The translations under genes and the position numbers were made by a program. This document shows positions 23,206 through 31,788 of a stretch of 64,000 bases of DNA, in pieces. The notes below the pieces were generated by a model. The model was not told where the DNA came from, made no database searches, and saw only the letters and a program-made list of their open reading frames with translations. This stretch comes from Gemmatimonadaceae bacterium. Lineage in GTDB: Bacteria; Gemmatimonadota; Gemmatimonadetes; Gemmatimonadales; Gemmatimonadaceae. Within the stretch, counting starts at the first letter, position 1. The number at the start of each line of letters is the position of its first letter. The stretch is taken from positions 3,242 to 67,241 of the forward strand of contig DATEDF010000124.1 in assembly GCA_035286465.1 (NCBI GenBank), written 5' to 3'.

Positions 23206-25821
23206 ATGCCGAGCGCCGCACGCGAAGGTCCGCCGGACGAACCCCCGCGCGAGCGGCATCTGCCGCTCCTGCTCCTGCTCTTCGTCGCGAGCGGGTGCGC
23301 GGCCCTGATCTACGAGATCGTCTGGTTCCAGCTCCTCGAGCTGGTGATCGGCTCGACGGCCGCGTCGCTCGCCGTCGTGCTCGGGACCTTCATGGGCGGG
23401 CTCTGTCTCGGCAGTCTCCTCCTCCCGCGCGTGGTGGGCTGCGACCGGCACCCGCTCCGCGTGTACGCCGCGCTCGAGTTCGGCACCGGCATCCTTGCCA
23501 TCGCCGTGCTCTTCGGCGTGCCGGCGGCGAGCGACCTCTATGCGGCCGCGGTGGCGCCGGGTCCCCTGGGGCTCGTGCTCCGCGCGGCGTTCGTCGCGCT
23601 CTGCCTGCTCGCGCCCACGCTGCTCATCGGGGGGACGCTGCCGGCCATCGCGCGCTGGCTCGACGCATCGCCCCGGGGCATCGCCTGGCTCGGCTTCTTC
23701 TATGGCGGGAACATCGCGGGCGCGGTCGTCGGCTGCCTGCTCGCCGGGTTCTACCTGCTCCGGGTGTACGACATGGCGACCGCGACCTGGCTCGCGGCGG
23801 CGATGAATGGCGCCGTCGGAGCCATCGCGCTCGTGATCGCGGCGCGCGTGCCCCACGCGACCGACTCCGCGCGCGCGCCGGCCACGATCGCTGAGGCCGG
23901 GGCGAGCGCCGCGATCGCCGCAAGTGGCGCGAGTGACGCGACGACGCTCCGGTCGCGGGACGCGCGCCCGGTGCACATCGCCATCGCGCTCTCCGGCCTC
24001 ACCGCGCTCGGCGCCGAGGTGGTGTGGACGCGCGTGCTCTCGCTCACGCTCGGGCCGACCGTCTATACTTTTTCGATCATTCTCGCCGTGGTGCTCCTCG
24101 GGCTCGGCATCGGGAGCGGCGCGGGCTCGGCGCTGGGGCGTGCGATCGCGCGGCCGCGGATCGCCCTCGGCGTCTGCCAGATGCTGCTGGCGGCCACCAT
24201 CGCGTGGGCCGCGTCTCCGCTCGCGACCTCCCTCGGCTTCCAGAGCGACGAGCTGCCCCGCTCGGCCGCCCCGTGGCCCGGCTTCGCGCGCGATCTCGCG
24301 CGCTGCTTCTGGGCGGTGTTCCCGTCCACGCTCCTCTGGGGCGCGAGCTTCCCGCTCGCGCTCGCGGCCGCCGCGCGCAACGCGCGCGCCGCGCGCGACA
24401 CCGGTCGCGTCGTCGGCAGCCTGTACGCGGCGAACACGATGGGCGCGATCGCGGGCGCGGTCGGCTTCAGCGTGATCGTCATCCCGATCTGGGGCACGCA
24501 ACAGGCGGAGCGAGCGCTCATCGGCCTCGCCACGCTCGCGGGGCTCGTCGCGCTCGCGCCGCTGCTCGTGCCGCTGTTCGTGCCGGCGCGCGCGACGCCG
24601 GGCGAGGGCCGCGCGTCCGGCGCGCGGGTGGGCCACGCGGTCGGCGCGCGGGTGGGCCACGCGTTCGGCGCGCGGGTGGGCCGCCCGTCCAGCGCGCGGA
24701 TCGTCGGCTTCACCTGGCTGGCGGCGGGCACCGCGACGGCGCTCCTGCTCGCGCTCACGGTGCCGCCGATCTCGCCGCAGCTCGTCGCGTGGGGACGCCT
24801 CCTCAAACACCAGCGGAACCTGCCCCGGGTCGTCTACGTCGGCGAGGGAGCGAACTCGTCGGTGGCCGTCACGGAGCGCGCCGACGGCGTGCGCGCCTTT
24901 CACGTCGCGGGCAAGGTCGAGGCGTCCACCGATCCGCAGGACCTCCGGCTCCTGCGGATGCTCGCGCACTTCCCCGCCCTCGTGCACCCGAACCCACGCT
25001 CGGTGCTCGTCGTGGGCTTCGGCGCCGGGATCACCGCGGGGACGTTCCTCCTCTACCCCGGCGTCGAGCGCATCGTCATCTGCGAGATCGAGCCGATCAT
25101 TCCGCCGAACGTCGGGCCGTTCTTCCGCCGCGAGAACCTCGACGTGCTCGACGATCCGCGCGTCGAGATCGTCTACGACGATGCGCGCCACTACGTCCTC
25201 ACCTCGCGCGAGCGCTTCGACGTCATCACGTCCGACCCGATCCACCCGTGGGTGAAGGGCTCGGCCACGCTGTACACCCGCGAGTACTACGCGCTCGTGA
25301 AGCGTCTCCTGAATCCCGGCGGGGTCATCGCGGAGTGGGTGCCGCTCTACGAGAGCCGGGAGGAGGCGGTCACGAGCGAAGTGGCGACGTTCCTCGACGT
25401 CTTCCCGGAGGGGACGCTCTGGGGAAGCCGGCCGTCCGCCGGGGGCGGCTACGACCTGATCCTGCTCGGCCAGGACGGCCCGACCACGATTGACGTGGAC
25501 GCGCTCCAGCGCCGGGTCGTGCGCCCCGGGTACCTGCGGGTGATCCGGTCACTCGTCGAGAGCGGCTTCGGCTCGATGCTCGACCTCTTCTCGACGTACG
25601 TTGGCGATCGCGCGAGCATGGCGAGCGCGCTGCGCGGCGCGCAGGCCAACCTCGATCGGAACCTGCGGCTGCAGTACCTCGCGGGTTTCGCGGCCGCGGA
25701 GCGCGAGCACGAGCGCATCTACGCGCACCTCGTGGAACGGCGCGGTTTCCCCGACCAGCTGTTCAGCGCCTCCACCGAGTGGAAGGCGCAGCTCGAGAAG
25801 GCGCTCGCGCGGACCAGGTAG
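23206..25821 (+). CDS. Fused multi-TM (MFS-like) / spermidine-synthase-like aminopropyltransferase
   Basis: C-terminal 871 codons of track ORF 21655..25821, starting at ATG 23206. About 12 TM helices, then VLVVGFGAGITAG (SAM-binding) and DVITSDPIHPW. Confidence 0.8.
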   Translation: MPSAAREGPPDEPPRERHLPLLLLLFVASGCAALIYEIVWFQLLELVIGSTAASLAVVLGTFMGGLCLGSLLLPRVVGCDRHPLRVYAALEFGTGILAIAVLFGVPAASDLYAAAVAPGPLGLVLRAAFVALCLLAPTLLIGGTLPAIARWLDASPRGIAWLGFFYGGNIAGAVVGCLLAGFYLLRVYDMATATWLAAAMNGAVGAIALVIAARVPHATDSARAPATIAEAGASAAIAASGASDATTLRSRDARPVHIAIALSGLTALGAEVVWTRVLSLTLGPTVYTFSIILAVVLLGLGIGSGAGSALGRAIARPRIALGVCQMLLAATIAWAASPLATSLGFQSDELPRSAAPWPGFARDLARCFWAVFPSTLLWGASFPLALAAAARNARAARDTGRVVGSLYAANTMGAIAGAVGFSVIVIPIWGTQQAERALIGLATLAGLVALAPLLVPLFVPARATPGEGRASGARVGHAVGARVGHAFGARVGRPSSARIVGFTWLAAGTATALLLALTVPPISPQLVAWGRLLKHQRNLPRVVYVGEGANSSVAVTERADGVRAFHVAGKVEASTDPQDLRLLRMLAHFPALVHPNPRSVLVVGFGAGITAGTFLLYPGVERIVICEIEPIIPPNVGPFFRRENLDVLDDPRVEIVYDDARHYVLTSRERFDVITSDPIHPWVKGSATLYTREYYALVKRLLNPGGVIAEWVPLYESREEAVTSEVATFLDVFPEGTLWGSRPSAGGGYDLILLGQDGPTTIDVDALQRRVVRPGYLRVIRSLVESGFGSMLDLFSTYVGDRASMASALRGAQANLDRNLRLQYLAGFAAAEREHERIYAHLVERRGFPDQLFSASTEWKAQLEKALARTR
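24619..24690. repeat. 24-nt tandem repeat x3 (ggcgcgcgggtgggccacgcggtc), coding GARVGHAV/GARVGHAF/GARVGRPS
   Basis: Read directly. It lies in a loop between TM segments of the spermidine-synthase-like protein. Confidence 0.9.
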
Positions 25822-25863
25822 CTCGCGCGCGGCGCGGGCGGCCGGGCGGGAGCCTGCGCCGAA

Positions 25864-26277
25864 CTACCTGGCCGTTCGCCGCCGCCGCTGCGAGTTGTCG
25901 CGAAGCCACCTCGCCAGGGCGTCCTCGGTCATCGTTCCGTCGGCGACGGCGAGCATCGTGATGACGGCTTCGGGTTCGGGCGCGCTCAACGTGAATCCGT
26001 TGCGCTCGAAGAACGTCGCCATCGCGACGAACGCGGTGCGCTTGTTGCCATCGCTGAAAGCGTGGCTCTTCGCGAGCGCAAACCCGTAGGCCGCGGCGCA
26101 AGCCGCTGCATCGTCGGCGGCTCCGTAATGCCAGCGGTTCTGAGGGCGACCGAGCGCGGATTCCAGTGCGCCCACGTCGCGAACCCCCGGCAACCCGCCG
26201 TGCTGCTCGAGCTGCAGCCCGTGAATCGCCTCGACCTGCTCGCGCGTCAGCCACCTGGGCTCGCGACGCTTCGGCAT
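25864..26277 (-). CDS. doc: Doc (death-on-curing) Fic-fold toxin
   Basis: Track ORF 137 aa. Fic/Doc motif HAFSDGNKRTA. It lies 13 nt downstream of the antitoxin gene. Confidence 0.9.
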   Translation of the reverse strand: MPKRREPRWLTREQVEAIHGLQLEQHGGLPGVRDVGALESALGRPQNRWHYGAADDAAACAAAYGFALAKSHAFSDGNKRTAFVAMATFFERNGFTLSAPEPEAVITMLAVADGTMTEDALARWLRDNSQRRRRTAR

Positions 26278-26290
26278 CGTCCCGGCTCCG

Positions 26291-26524
26291 TCAGCGCTTC
26301 GAGAGTTCCCGGAGCGCGTTCCGGTACCTCTTCCCGACCTTGCGCGCAGTCGCCATCACATCGGCGAAATCGGGATCATACGGCGTGACGAGGATTCCCT
26401 CCGCAGTCTCCTGAATGGAGACGCGGTCGCCTTTGTCGAGGTCGTACTTCTCGAGCATCTCCTTCGGGATGGTGACGCCCGCGGAGTTGCCGAAGGGGCG
26501 GATGACGGTCTCTTTCACGCGCAT
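26291..26524 (-). CDS. AbrB/MazE/SpoVT-type antitoxin
   Basis: Track ORF 77 aa. The N-terminus VIRPFGNSAGVTIPKEMLEKYDLDKGDRV is a swapped-hairpin AbrB-like motif. Confidence 0.85.
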   Translation of the reverse strand: MRVKETVIRPFGNSAGVTIPKEMLEKYDLDKGDRVSIQETAEGILVTPYDPDFADVMATARKVGKRYRNALRELSKR

Positions 26525-26543
26525 TCCAGGGTCCTGAGGATGT

Positions 26544-26559
26544 TATGACATATGTAATA
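26544..26559. promoter_or_regulatory. 16-bp near-perfect palindrome TATGACAT|ATGTAATA (7/8 per half-site), candidate operator/-10 region of the toxin-antitoxin operon
   Basis: Read directly. It sits 20 nt upstream of the antitoxin ATG (26524) and is the most AT-rich spot in the local region. Confidence 0.4.
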
Positions 26560-26673
26560 CCCCGGTGCATCGGGCGCAAGGTAACCGGGACACGGTGCAC
26601 GACCGCGTCGTCGCCTGTCGCGGATGCGGGTTTTCCGTACATTCCGCGTGGGTCCGATCCCCCGGAGAGCGTG

Positions 26674-26853
26674 ATGCCGCTCGACGGCAAGGCGGTTCTC
26701 GAGCAGTCCGCCGCCGCGCTGGCCGCGCTCGACTTCGCGACCGCCGTCCCCGGCTTCATCGGGAAGGACCCGTACGCAGTGGACGCGGATCACCTCGAGG
26801 AGATCCGGGTGGTGCGGACAGCGATGCGCGAAACGACGACGCACGAGGGGTAG
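26674..26853 (+). CDS. Small hypothetical protein (59 aa), adjacent to the aldo/keto reductase gene
   Basis: Part of track ORF 26545..26853. ATG 26674 is preceded by GGAGAG. High GC3. The TAG stop is immediately followed by the AKR ATG (TAGATG). Confidence 0.35.
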   Translation: MPLDGKAVLEQSAAALAALDFATAVPGFIGKDPYAVDADHLEEIRVVRTAMRETTTHEG

Positions 26854-27885
26854 ATGCAATACACGCAGCTCGGCCGGTCCGGCCTCACCGTTTCCCGCCT
26901 CGCCCTCGGGTGCATGACCTACGGCACGTCGAAGTGGCGCAACTGGGTGCTCGACGAGGCCGACGCGCAGCCGTTCTTCCGGAAGGCCGTCGAGGCGGGG
27001 ATCACCTTCTTCGACACGGCCGACATGTACTCGATGGGCGTGAGCGAGGAGGTCACGGGCCGCGCGCTCAGGGAGTTCGCGAATCGTGAGGAGGTCGTGC
27101 TCGCCACGAAGCTCAACTTCCCGATGGGCGGCGGCCCGAACATGGGCGGCCTCTCACGCAAGCACGTCGTGCAGGCGTGCGAGGCGAGCCTCCGGCGGCT
27201 CGGCGTGGAGGTGATTGACCTCTACTATATCCACCGCTTCGATCCGAAGACGCCGCTCGACGAGTGGCTCGAGGCGCTCGACGATCTCGTGCGCTGGGGG
27301 AAGGTGCGCTACCTCGGCGCCAGCTCGGGCCCCGCGTGGCAGATGGCGCTCGCGCTCTCGGCGTCGGAGCGCCGCGGCTGGGCGCGATTCGTCGCGATGC
27401 AGAATCACTACAACCTCCTCTATCGCGAGGAGGAACGCGAGATGATCCCGCTCTGCGCGCACGAGGGCGTGGGGCTCGTGCCGTGGAGTCCGCTCGCGCG
27501 CGGGCTGCTCGCGCGGCCCAGGCCCGCCGACGCGAAGATCAGGAGCGCCGGCACCTCACGGGCCGCGAACGACACCTACTCCGAGCAGCTCTACGACCAC
27601 CCGGGCGACTGGGACGTGGTGGACGCGGTCGAGAAGGTCGCGAAGTCGCGGGGCGTGACAATGGCCGAGGTGGCGCTCGCGTGGCTGCTCGCTCGGCCGG
27701 GCGTCGTGGCGCCGGTCGTCGGCGCGACGAAGATGCCGCACCTGGAGGCGGCGCTCCGCGCGCTCGACGTGAAGCTCACGGCGGAAGAATGCGCCGCGCT
27801 CGAGGCGCCGTACACGGCGCACGCGGTGCGCGGGTACGCGTTTCCGGAGCCGGCCCGGCAGGGGGGTGTTTCGCGAAGCTCGTGA
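26854..27885 (+). CDS. Aldo/keto reductase
   Basis: Track ORF 343 aa. LGRSGLTVSRLALGCMTYG, FFDTADMY, and the IDLYYIHRFD family signatures. Confidence 0.9.
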   Translation: MQYTQLGRSGLTVSRLALGCMTYGTSKWRNWVLDEADAQPFFRKAVEAGITFFDTADMYSMGVSEEVTGRALREFANREEVVLATKLNFPMGGGPNMGGLSRKHVVQACEASLRRLGVEVIDLYYIHRFDPKTPLDEWLEALDDLVRWGKVRYLGASSGPAWQMALALSASERRGWARFVAMQNHYNLLYREEEREMIPLCAHEGVGLVPWSPLARGLLARPRPADAKIRSAGTSRAANDTYSEQLYDHPGDWDVVDAVEKVAKSRGVTMAEVALAWLLARPGVVAPVVGATKMPHLEAALRALDVKLTAEECAALEAPYTAHAVRGYAFPEPARQGGVSRSS

Positions 27886-27906
27886 CGTCGTTCAACGAGG
27901 GAGCCT

Positions 27907-29238
27907 ATGGAGAGAGGCCTGCAGTCTGACCGGGTGGAGCCCATCTGCAGGCGCGCTCCCCGGTGCGCGCGCTCGCTGGCCGTCTTCCTTTGCTTCACGG
28001 CGGCCGCCGCGACGGAGGCGATGCCGCAGCCGACGCTGCAGCCCGAGCGGCGCATCGGCGTGTTCTTCGATTGTCAGAGCGGCTGCGACTTCGACTACAT
28101 CCGCACCGAGATGGAGTTCGTGGACTACGTGCGCAACCGCGAGGACGCCGACGTTCACATCCTCGTCACGGCGCAGGCGACCGGGGCGGGCGGCCGCGAG
28201 TTCACCATCAACTTCATCGGCCTCCGGACGTTTGCGCGTTTCTCGGACACGCTGCGATACGTCTCGGCGCAGGACGCCACCGACGACGAGCGTCGGCGTG
28301 GCCTGCTCCGCGTGCTGCAGGTGGGGATGATGCGATTCATCGGCACCACCTCGCTCGCGGCGCGCATGCAGATCGAGGTCGCGCGCGAGGCGGAAGAGCA
28401 GGAACCGGGTGCGCGCGGGCCCGGCGCGCAGGGACGGGACCGGTGGGACTTCTGGGTGTTCCGCGTGGGGCTCGACGGCTCCCTGAGCGGCGAGAGCCGG
28501 CAGGCGTCGAGAGACATGAGCATGGATCTCTCCGTCAACCGCACGACCGAGCGGTGGAAGATCGACGTCGGGCTCGATGGCAACTATGACGACGAGCGGT
28601 TCGAGATCGAAGAGGAGGACACGACGACTTTGACGTCGGTGCGGAGGAGCTACTCCCTCGAGGTTCTGGTGGCGAAGAGCCTGGGCGCTCACCTGAGCGC
28701 CGGCCTGTGGGGCAACCTCGAGTCCAGTACGTTCGGCAACCAGCAGCTCGCGTGGACCCTCGCGCCCGCGGTGGAGTACAACGTCTTCCCCTACTCGGAG
28801 TCCACCCGTCGCATTTTCACTATTCTCTACGGCGTCGGGATGACCGCCTTCGCCTGGCGGGAGGTGACGATCTTCGACCGGACGCGGGAGACCCGGCCAT
28901 TACATGCGCTCGAGGCCTCGTACGCGACGCGCCAGCCCTGGGGCAGCATGAACGCGTCCGCGGACTTCTCGCAGTACCTGCACGATACCAGCAAGAACCG
29001 GATCGAGGTCTCGGGGGGCATGGAGGTGCGGTTGTTCCGCGGCTTCTCACTGGAGATGGACGCCAGCTACGCGCGCGTGCACGACCAGCTCTCGATTCCG
29101 GCGCGGGGCGCCTCGCGCGACGAGATCCTGCTCCGCCTGCGCCAGCTCCGCACCAGCTACGAGTACGACCTGAGCCTCGGCATCTCGTACCGGTTCGGCT
29201 CGATCTTCAACAACGTGGTGAATCCGCGGTTCCGGTGA
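27907..29238 (+). CDS. Hypothetical outer-membrane beta-barrel protein with N-terminal soluble domain
   Basis: Track ORF 443 aa. GAGGGAG SD. Signal-like SLAVFLCFTAAAATEA. The C-terminal half shows alternating beta-strand patterns and ends ..YRFGSIFNNVVNPRF (terminal aromatic). No family recognised. Confidence 0.6.
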   Translation: MERGLQSDRVEPICRRAPRCARSLAVFLCFTAAAATEAMPQPTLQPERRIGVFFDCQSGCDFDYIRTEMEFVDYVRNREDADVHILVTAQATGAGGREFTINFIGLRTFARFSDTLRYVSAQDATDDERRRGLLRVLQVGMMRFIGTTSLAARMQIEVAREAEEQEPGARGPGAQGRDRWDFWVFRVGLDGSLSGESRQASRDMSMDLSVNRTTERWKIDVGLDGNYDDERFEIEEEDTTTLTSVRRSYSLEVLVAKSLGAHLSAGLWGNLESSTFGNQQLAWTLAPAVEYNVFPYSESTRRIFTILYGVGMTAFAWREVTIFDRTRETRPLHALEASYATRQPWGSMNASADFSQYLHDTSKNRIEVSGGMEVRLFRGFSLEMDASYARVHDQLSIPARGASRDEILLRLRQLRTSYEYDLSLGISYRFGSIFNNVVNPRFR

Positions 29239-29283
29239 GCGGGGCCGGCCGGTTTTCCGTCGCGCCTCGGTGCGTGGGCGGAC

Positions 29284-30921
29284 TCAAGGGCGCGCAGGCG
29301 CGCGCTTCAGCACCCGCCCCGGCCGCGCCTCCGTGAACCTCCCGCCGTCCACGACCGGCACCCCGTTCACGATCACGTAGGGAATCCCCTCCGGATAGTG
29401 GTGCGGATCGGTGAAGGTGCCCACGTCCTTCACCGTGTTGGCGTCGAAGACGGTGATGCTCGCGACGCACCCCTCGCGGATGCAGCCGTAGTCTTTCAGG
29501 CCGAGCCGCGCGGCGGGCATCCTGGTCATCTTGTGCACCGCCGTCTCCAGCGCCAGCACCTTCTGCACCCGCACGTATTCGCCGAGCACGCGCGGGAAGG
29601 TGCCGTACGCGCGCGGATGCGGCACGCCCTGCCCCGGCCGCGCGAGGCGGCCGTCGCTCGCGATCATCGTCATCGGGTGCGCCATGATGCGGCGCACGTC
29701 GCCTTCGTCCATCACGTGGAAGACCATCGAGGCGCCGCCGGCGAGCGCGCCCTCGATGCCGGGCGTCCCCGGACCGACCACACCTTCAATCACGAGTGGG
29801 GCCGCCTTCTCCGGCGTGGGCTCGATGCCGCGGCGGACCGCCCAGTCGTAGAGTGTCTTTCCTTCGAGCGACCGGTCCCACGCCACGCTCGAGAACTGCA
29901 CGCGCCGGATGTCGCCGCCGCCGCGATCGTTCAACAGGTACTCCACGACGCCCTTCAGGATGCTGTCCTTCAACACCGGGTCGGCGAGCCGCTGCCGGAG
30001 CCGCGCCACGCCGCCCTCCAGCGCCCAGGGCGGCACCAGCACGTCGAGCCCCGTGCTGCTCGCCGTGTATGGATACTGGTCAATCATCACGTCGGTGCCC
30101 GCGGCGCGCGCCGAGTCTACCATATGGAGCGTGACGACGCTCTTCCCCCACATGCGCCGGCCGATCGCCTTGTGGTGCGTGAGGATCACCGGGATGTGCG
30201 CCTGCCGCCCGATCTCGAGCGCCTCCGCGACGCCCTCGAAGAGCCCGAGCCCCTCCTCACGCAGATGCGACGTGTAGATGCCGCCCGAGTCGGCCGCCGC
30301 CTTCGCGAGCGCGACGACCTCGTCGGTCTTCGAGAAGAAGCCGGGGAGATAGCGGAGGCCGGTGCTCATGCCGAACGCGCCCTCGTGCATGGATTGCGCG
30401 ACCATCGCCTTCATTCGCGTGAGCTCCGCGTCGGTGGGCGCGCGGTTCGCCGTGCCCATCACCGTGCGGCGAATCGTGTTGTGCCCCGCGAGGTACGCGA
30501 CGTTCATCCCGAGCGGCTTCTTCGCGACCGAATCGAGGTAGGCGCCGAAGGGCCACGGCCCGCCGCCGTCGGGCCCGCCGAGGGCGAGCGTGACGCCCTG
30601 CCGCACGTGGCTCTGCGCGTCGGGCATCTGCGGAAGCGGCTCGAGGTGCGCGTGCAGATCAATGAACCCCGGCGCGACGATGAGCCCGCTCGCGTCAATC
30701 GTTCGCCTCGCCTCGCGCGCGTCAATCGGCGCCCGGGAGACGCGCACGATGCGGTCGCCCGCGACCGCGACGTCGGCGCGCACCCCCGCGGCACCCGTGC
30801 CGTCGAGCACGGTGCCGTTCCGGAGCAGGAGGTCGTAGCGGGGAGTGCCTTGCGCGAAGACCGGAAGTCCGAGCGCGCAGGAGGAGAGGCAGAGGAGCCA
30901 CAGGCGCGTGGAGTTTCGCAT
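29284..30921 (-). CDS. N-acyl-D-amino-acid deacylase (D-aminoacylase)-family amidohydrolase, secreted
   Basis: Track ORF 29284..30981. ATG 30921 (MRNSTRLWLLCLSSCALGLPVFAQ) is preferred. APGFIDLHAHLE HxH motif. C-terminal ..ITVFDANTV. Confidence 0.85.
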   Translation of the reverse strand: MRNSTRLWLLCLSSCALGLPVFAQGTPRYDLLLRNGTVLDGTGAAGVRADVAVAGDRIVRVSRAPIDAREARRTIDASGLIVAPGFIDLHAHLEPLPQMPDAQSHVRQGVTLALGGPDGGGPWPFGAYLDSVAKKPLGMNVAYLAGHNTIRRTVMGTANRAPTDAELTRMKAMVAQSMHEGAFGMSTGLRYLPGFFSKTDEVVALAKAAADSGGIYTSHLREEGLGLFEGVAEALEIGRQAHIPVILTHHKAIGRRMWGKSVVTLHMVDSARAAGTDVMIDQYPYTASSTGLDVLVPPWALEGGVARLRQRLADPVLKDSILKGVVEYLLNDRGGGDIRRVQFSSVAWDRSLEGKTLYDWAVRRGIEPTPEKAAPLVIEGVVGPGTPGIEGALAGGASMVFHVMDEGDVRRIMAHPMTMIASDGRLARPGQGVPHPRAYGTFPRVLGEYVRVQKVLALETAVHKMTRMPAARLGLKDYGCIREGCVASITVFDANTVKDVGTFTDPHHYPEGIPYVIVNGVPVVDGGRFTEARPGRVLKRAPARP

Positions 30922-30933
30922 GACTGAAAACTC

Positions 30934-30974
30934 GCGCGCCGAGCCGCGACTTGGAAGTCGCGGGCTCGGCGCGC
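30934..30974 (-). terminator. Intrinsic terminator of lipoprotein copy 1
   Basis: Stem of about 17-19 bp, gcgcgccgagccgcgac(tt)/(aa)gtcgcgggctcggcgcgc, with one bulge. It is followed on the minus strand by GAGTTTTCAG. Confidence 0.65.
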
Positions 30975-31033
30975 CGGCCAAACGTCTCCGGACTACAGCG
31001 TACTGCTCGCGGCGTGCGACTCGCGGCTTTCGG

Positions 31034-31456
31034 CTACGGCACCACCGTGAGCGTGACGCCCGATCCGGGCTTTCCCTCGAGCGTGCAGACCAGAGTGTTT
31101 GTCCCGTCCACGAGCGTGACCGGAACGGTGAGCGACAGCGGCGCGTTCCCCCCGACCATCGGGTGCGTCACCACCGTCACCCCGTTGAGGTCAATCGTGC
31201 CGTTGATCCCCAGCTCCCCGTTCCCCGTGACCACAAGCGAGGCGGGCCCCGCGACCGCCTCAAACGGCCACTCCACGCCCACGGGTTTGCCGGTCTCGCG
31301 CAGGCAGTCCACCGGGCCGAACCCCGCCGGCCCGACCACATTGAGGCGCGGAGCGTTCGGATTCGGGCCCCTTCGCGCGGCGGCGACGGGCGTGGTGGGC
31401 TCGGAGCAGGCGGCGATGACAAGTGCCGCCGCCAGCGGCAGCATCAGGTACTTCAC
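31034..31456 (-). CDS. Small lipoprotein, paralog copy 1 (140 aa)
   Basis: Track ORF 31034..31480. GTG 31456 is preceded by GGAGG. Lipobox in MKYLMLPLAAALVIAAC. About 65% identical to 31789..32223. Confidence 0.7.
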   Translation of the reverse strand: MKYLMLPLAAALVIAACSEPTTPVAAARRGPNPNAPRLNVVGPAGFGPVDCLRETGKPVGVEWPFEAVAGPASLVVTGNGELGINGTIDLNGVTVVTHPMVGGNAPLSLTVPVTLVDGTNTLVCTLEGKPGSGVTLTVVP

Positions 31457-31599
31457 GGTAACCTCCGGGTAGTGAGTCAAGCCCGAAAATGCCGCGCCGT
31501 GAGCGGCCGCCCCGTGTGCTGCATCACGTCCCCGGTTCCGCGGTCGTAAAAAACCGTGTTACCTCTGATTGACCCAAATCGTCACGCGCGACCCCGGTT

Positions 31600-31710
31600 T
31601 CGCCGCGCAACTTGATCGTGCACGCGGGCGTGACGATCAGGTTGCTCGCGTCCATTGTGCGCCTGGGTTCGCGCGTCGATCGGCGCACGGGAAAGGCGCA
31701 CGATCTCGCG
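31600..31710 (-). pseudogene. Decayed fragment of the D-aminoacylase 5' region (duplication relic)
   Basis: Minus-strand translation gives EIVRLSRAPIDAR, then a 1-nt deletion, then EPRRTMDASNLIVTPA. The intact gene reads RIVRVSRAPIDAREARRTIDASGLIVAPG (nt about 30660-30760). By eye the nucleotide identity is about 75-80%. It has no start codon and is frameshifted. Confidence 0.65.
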
Positions 31711-31724
31711 TGGCTCGAAAAACC

Positions 31725-31765
31725 GAGCGCCGAGCCGCGACGAAGATTTCGCGGGCTCGGCGCTC
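31725..31765 (-). terminator. Intrinsic terminator of lipoprotein copy 2
   Basis: Stem gagcgccgagccgcga / tcgcgggctcggcgctc, 8-nt loop, followed on the minus strand by GGTTTTTCGAG. Homologous to the hairpin at 30934-30974. Confidence 0.65.
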
Positions 31766-31788
31766 CCGGCCTGTCGGCCGCAACGGAG

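Noticed and set aside
30922-30981. Longer start (TTG 30981) for the D-aminoacylase gene
   Set aside because: The extra 20 codons are the translation of the terminator hairpin of the upstream lipoprotein gene. ATG 30921 gives a proper signal peptide.
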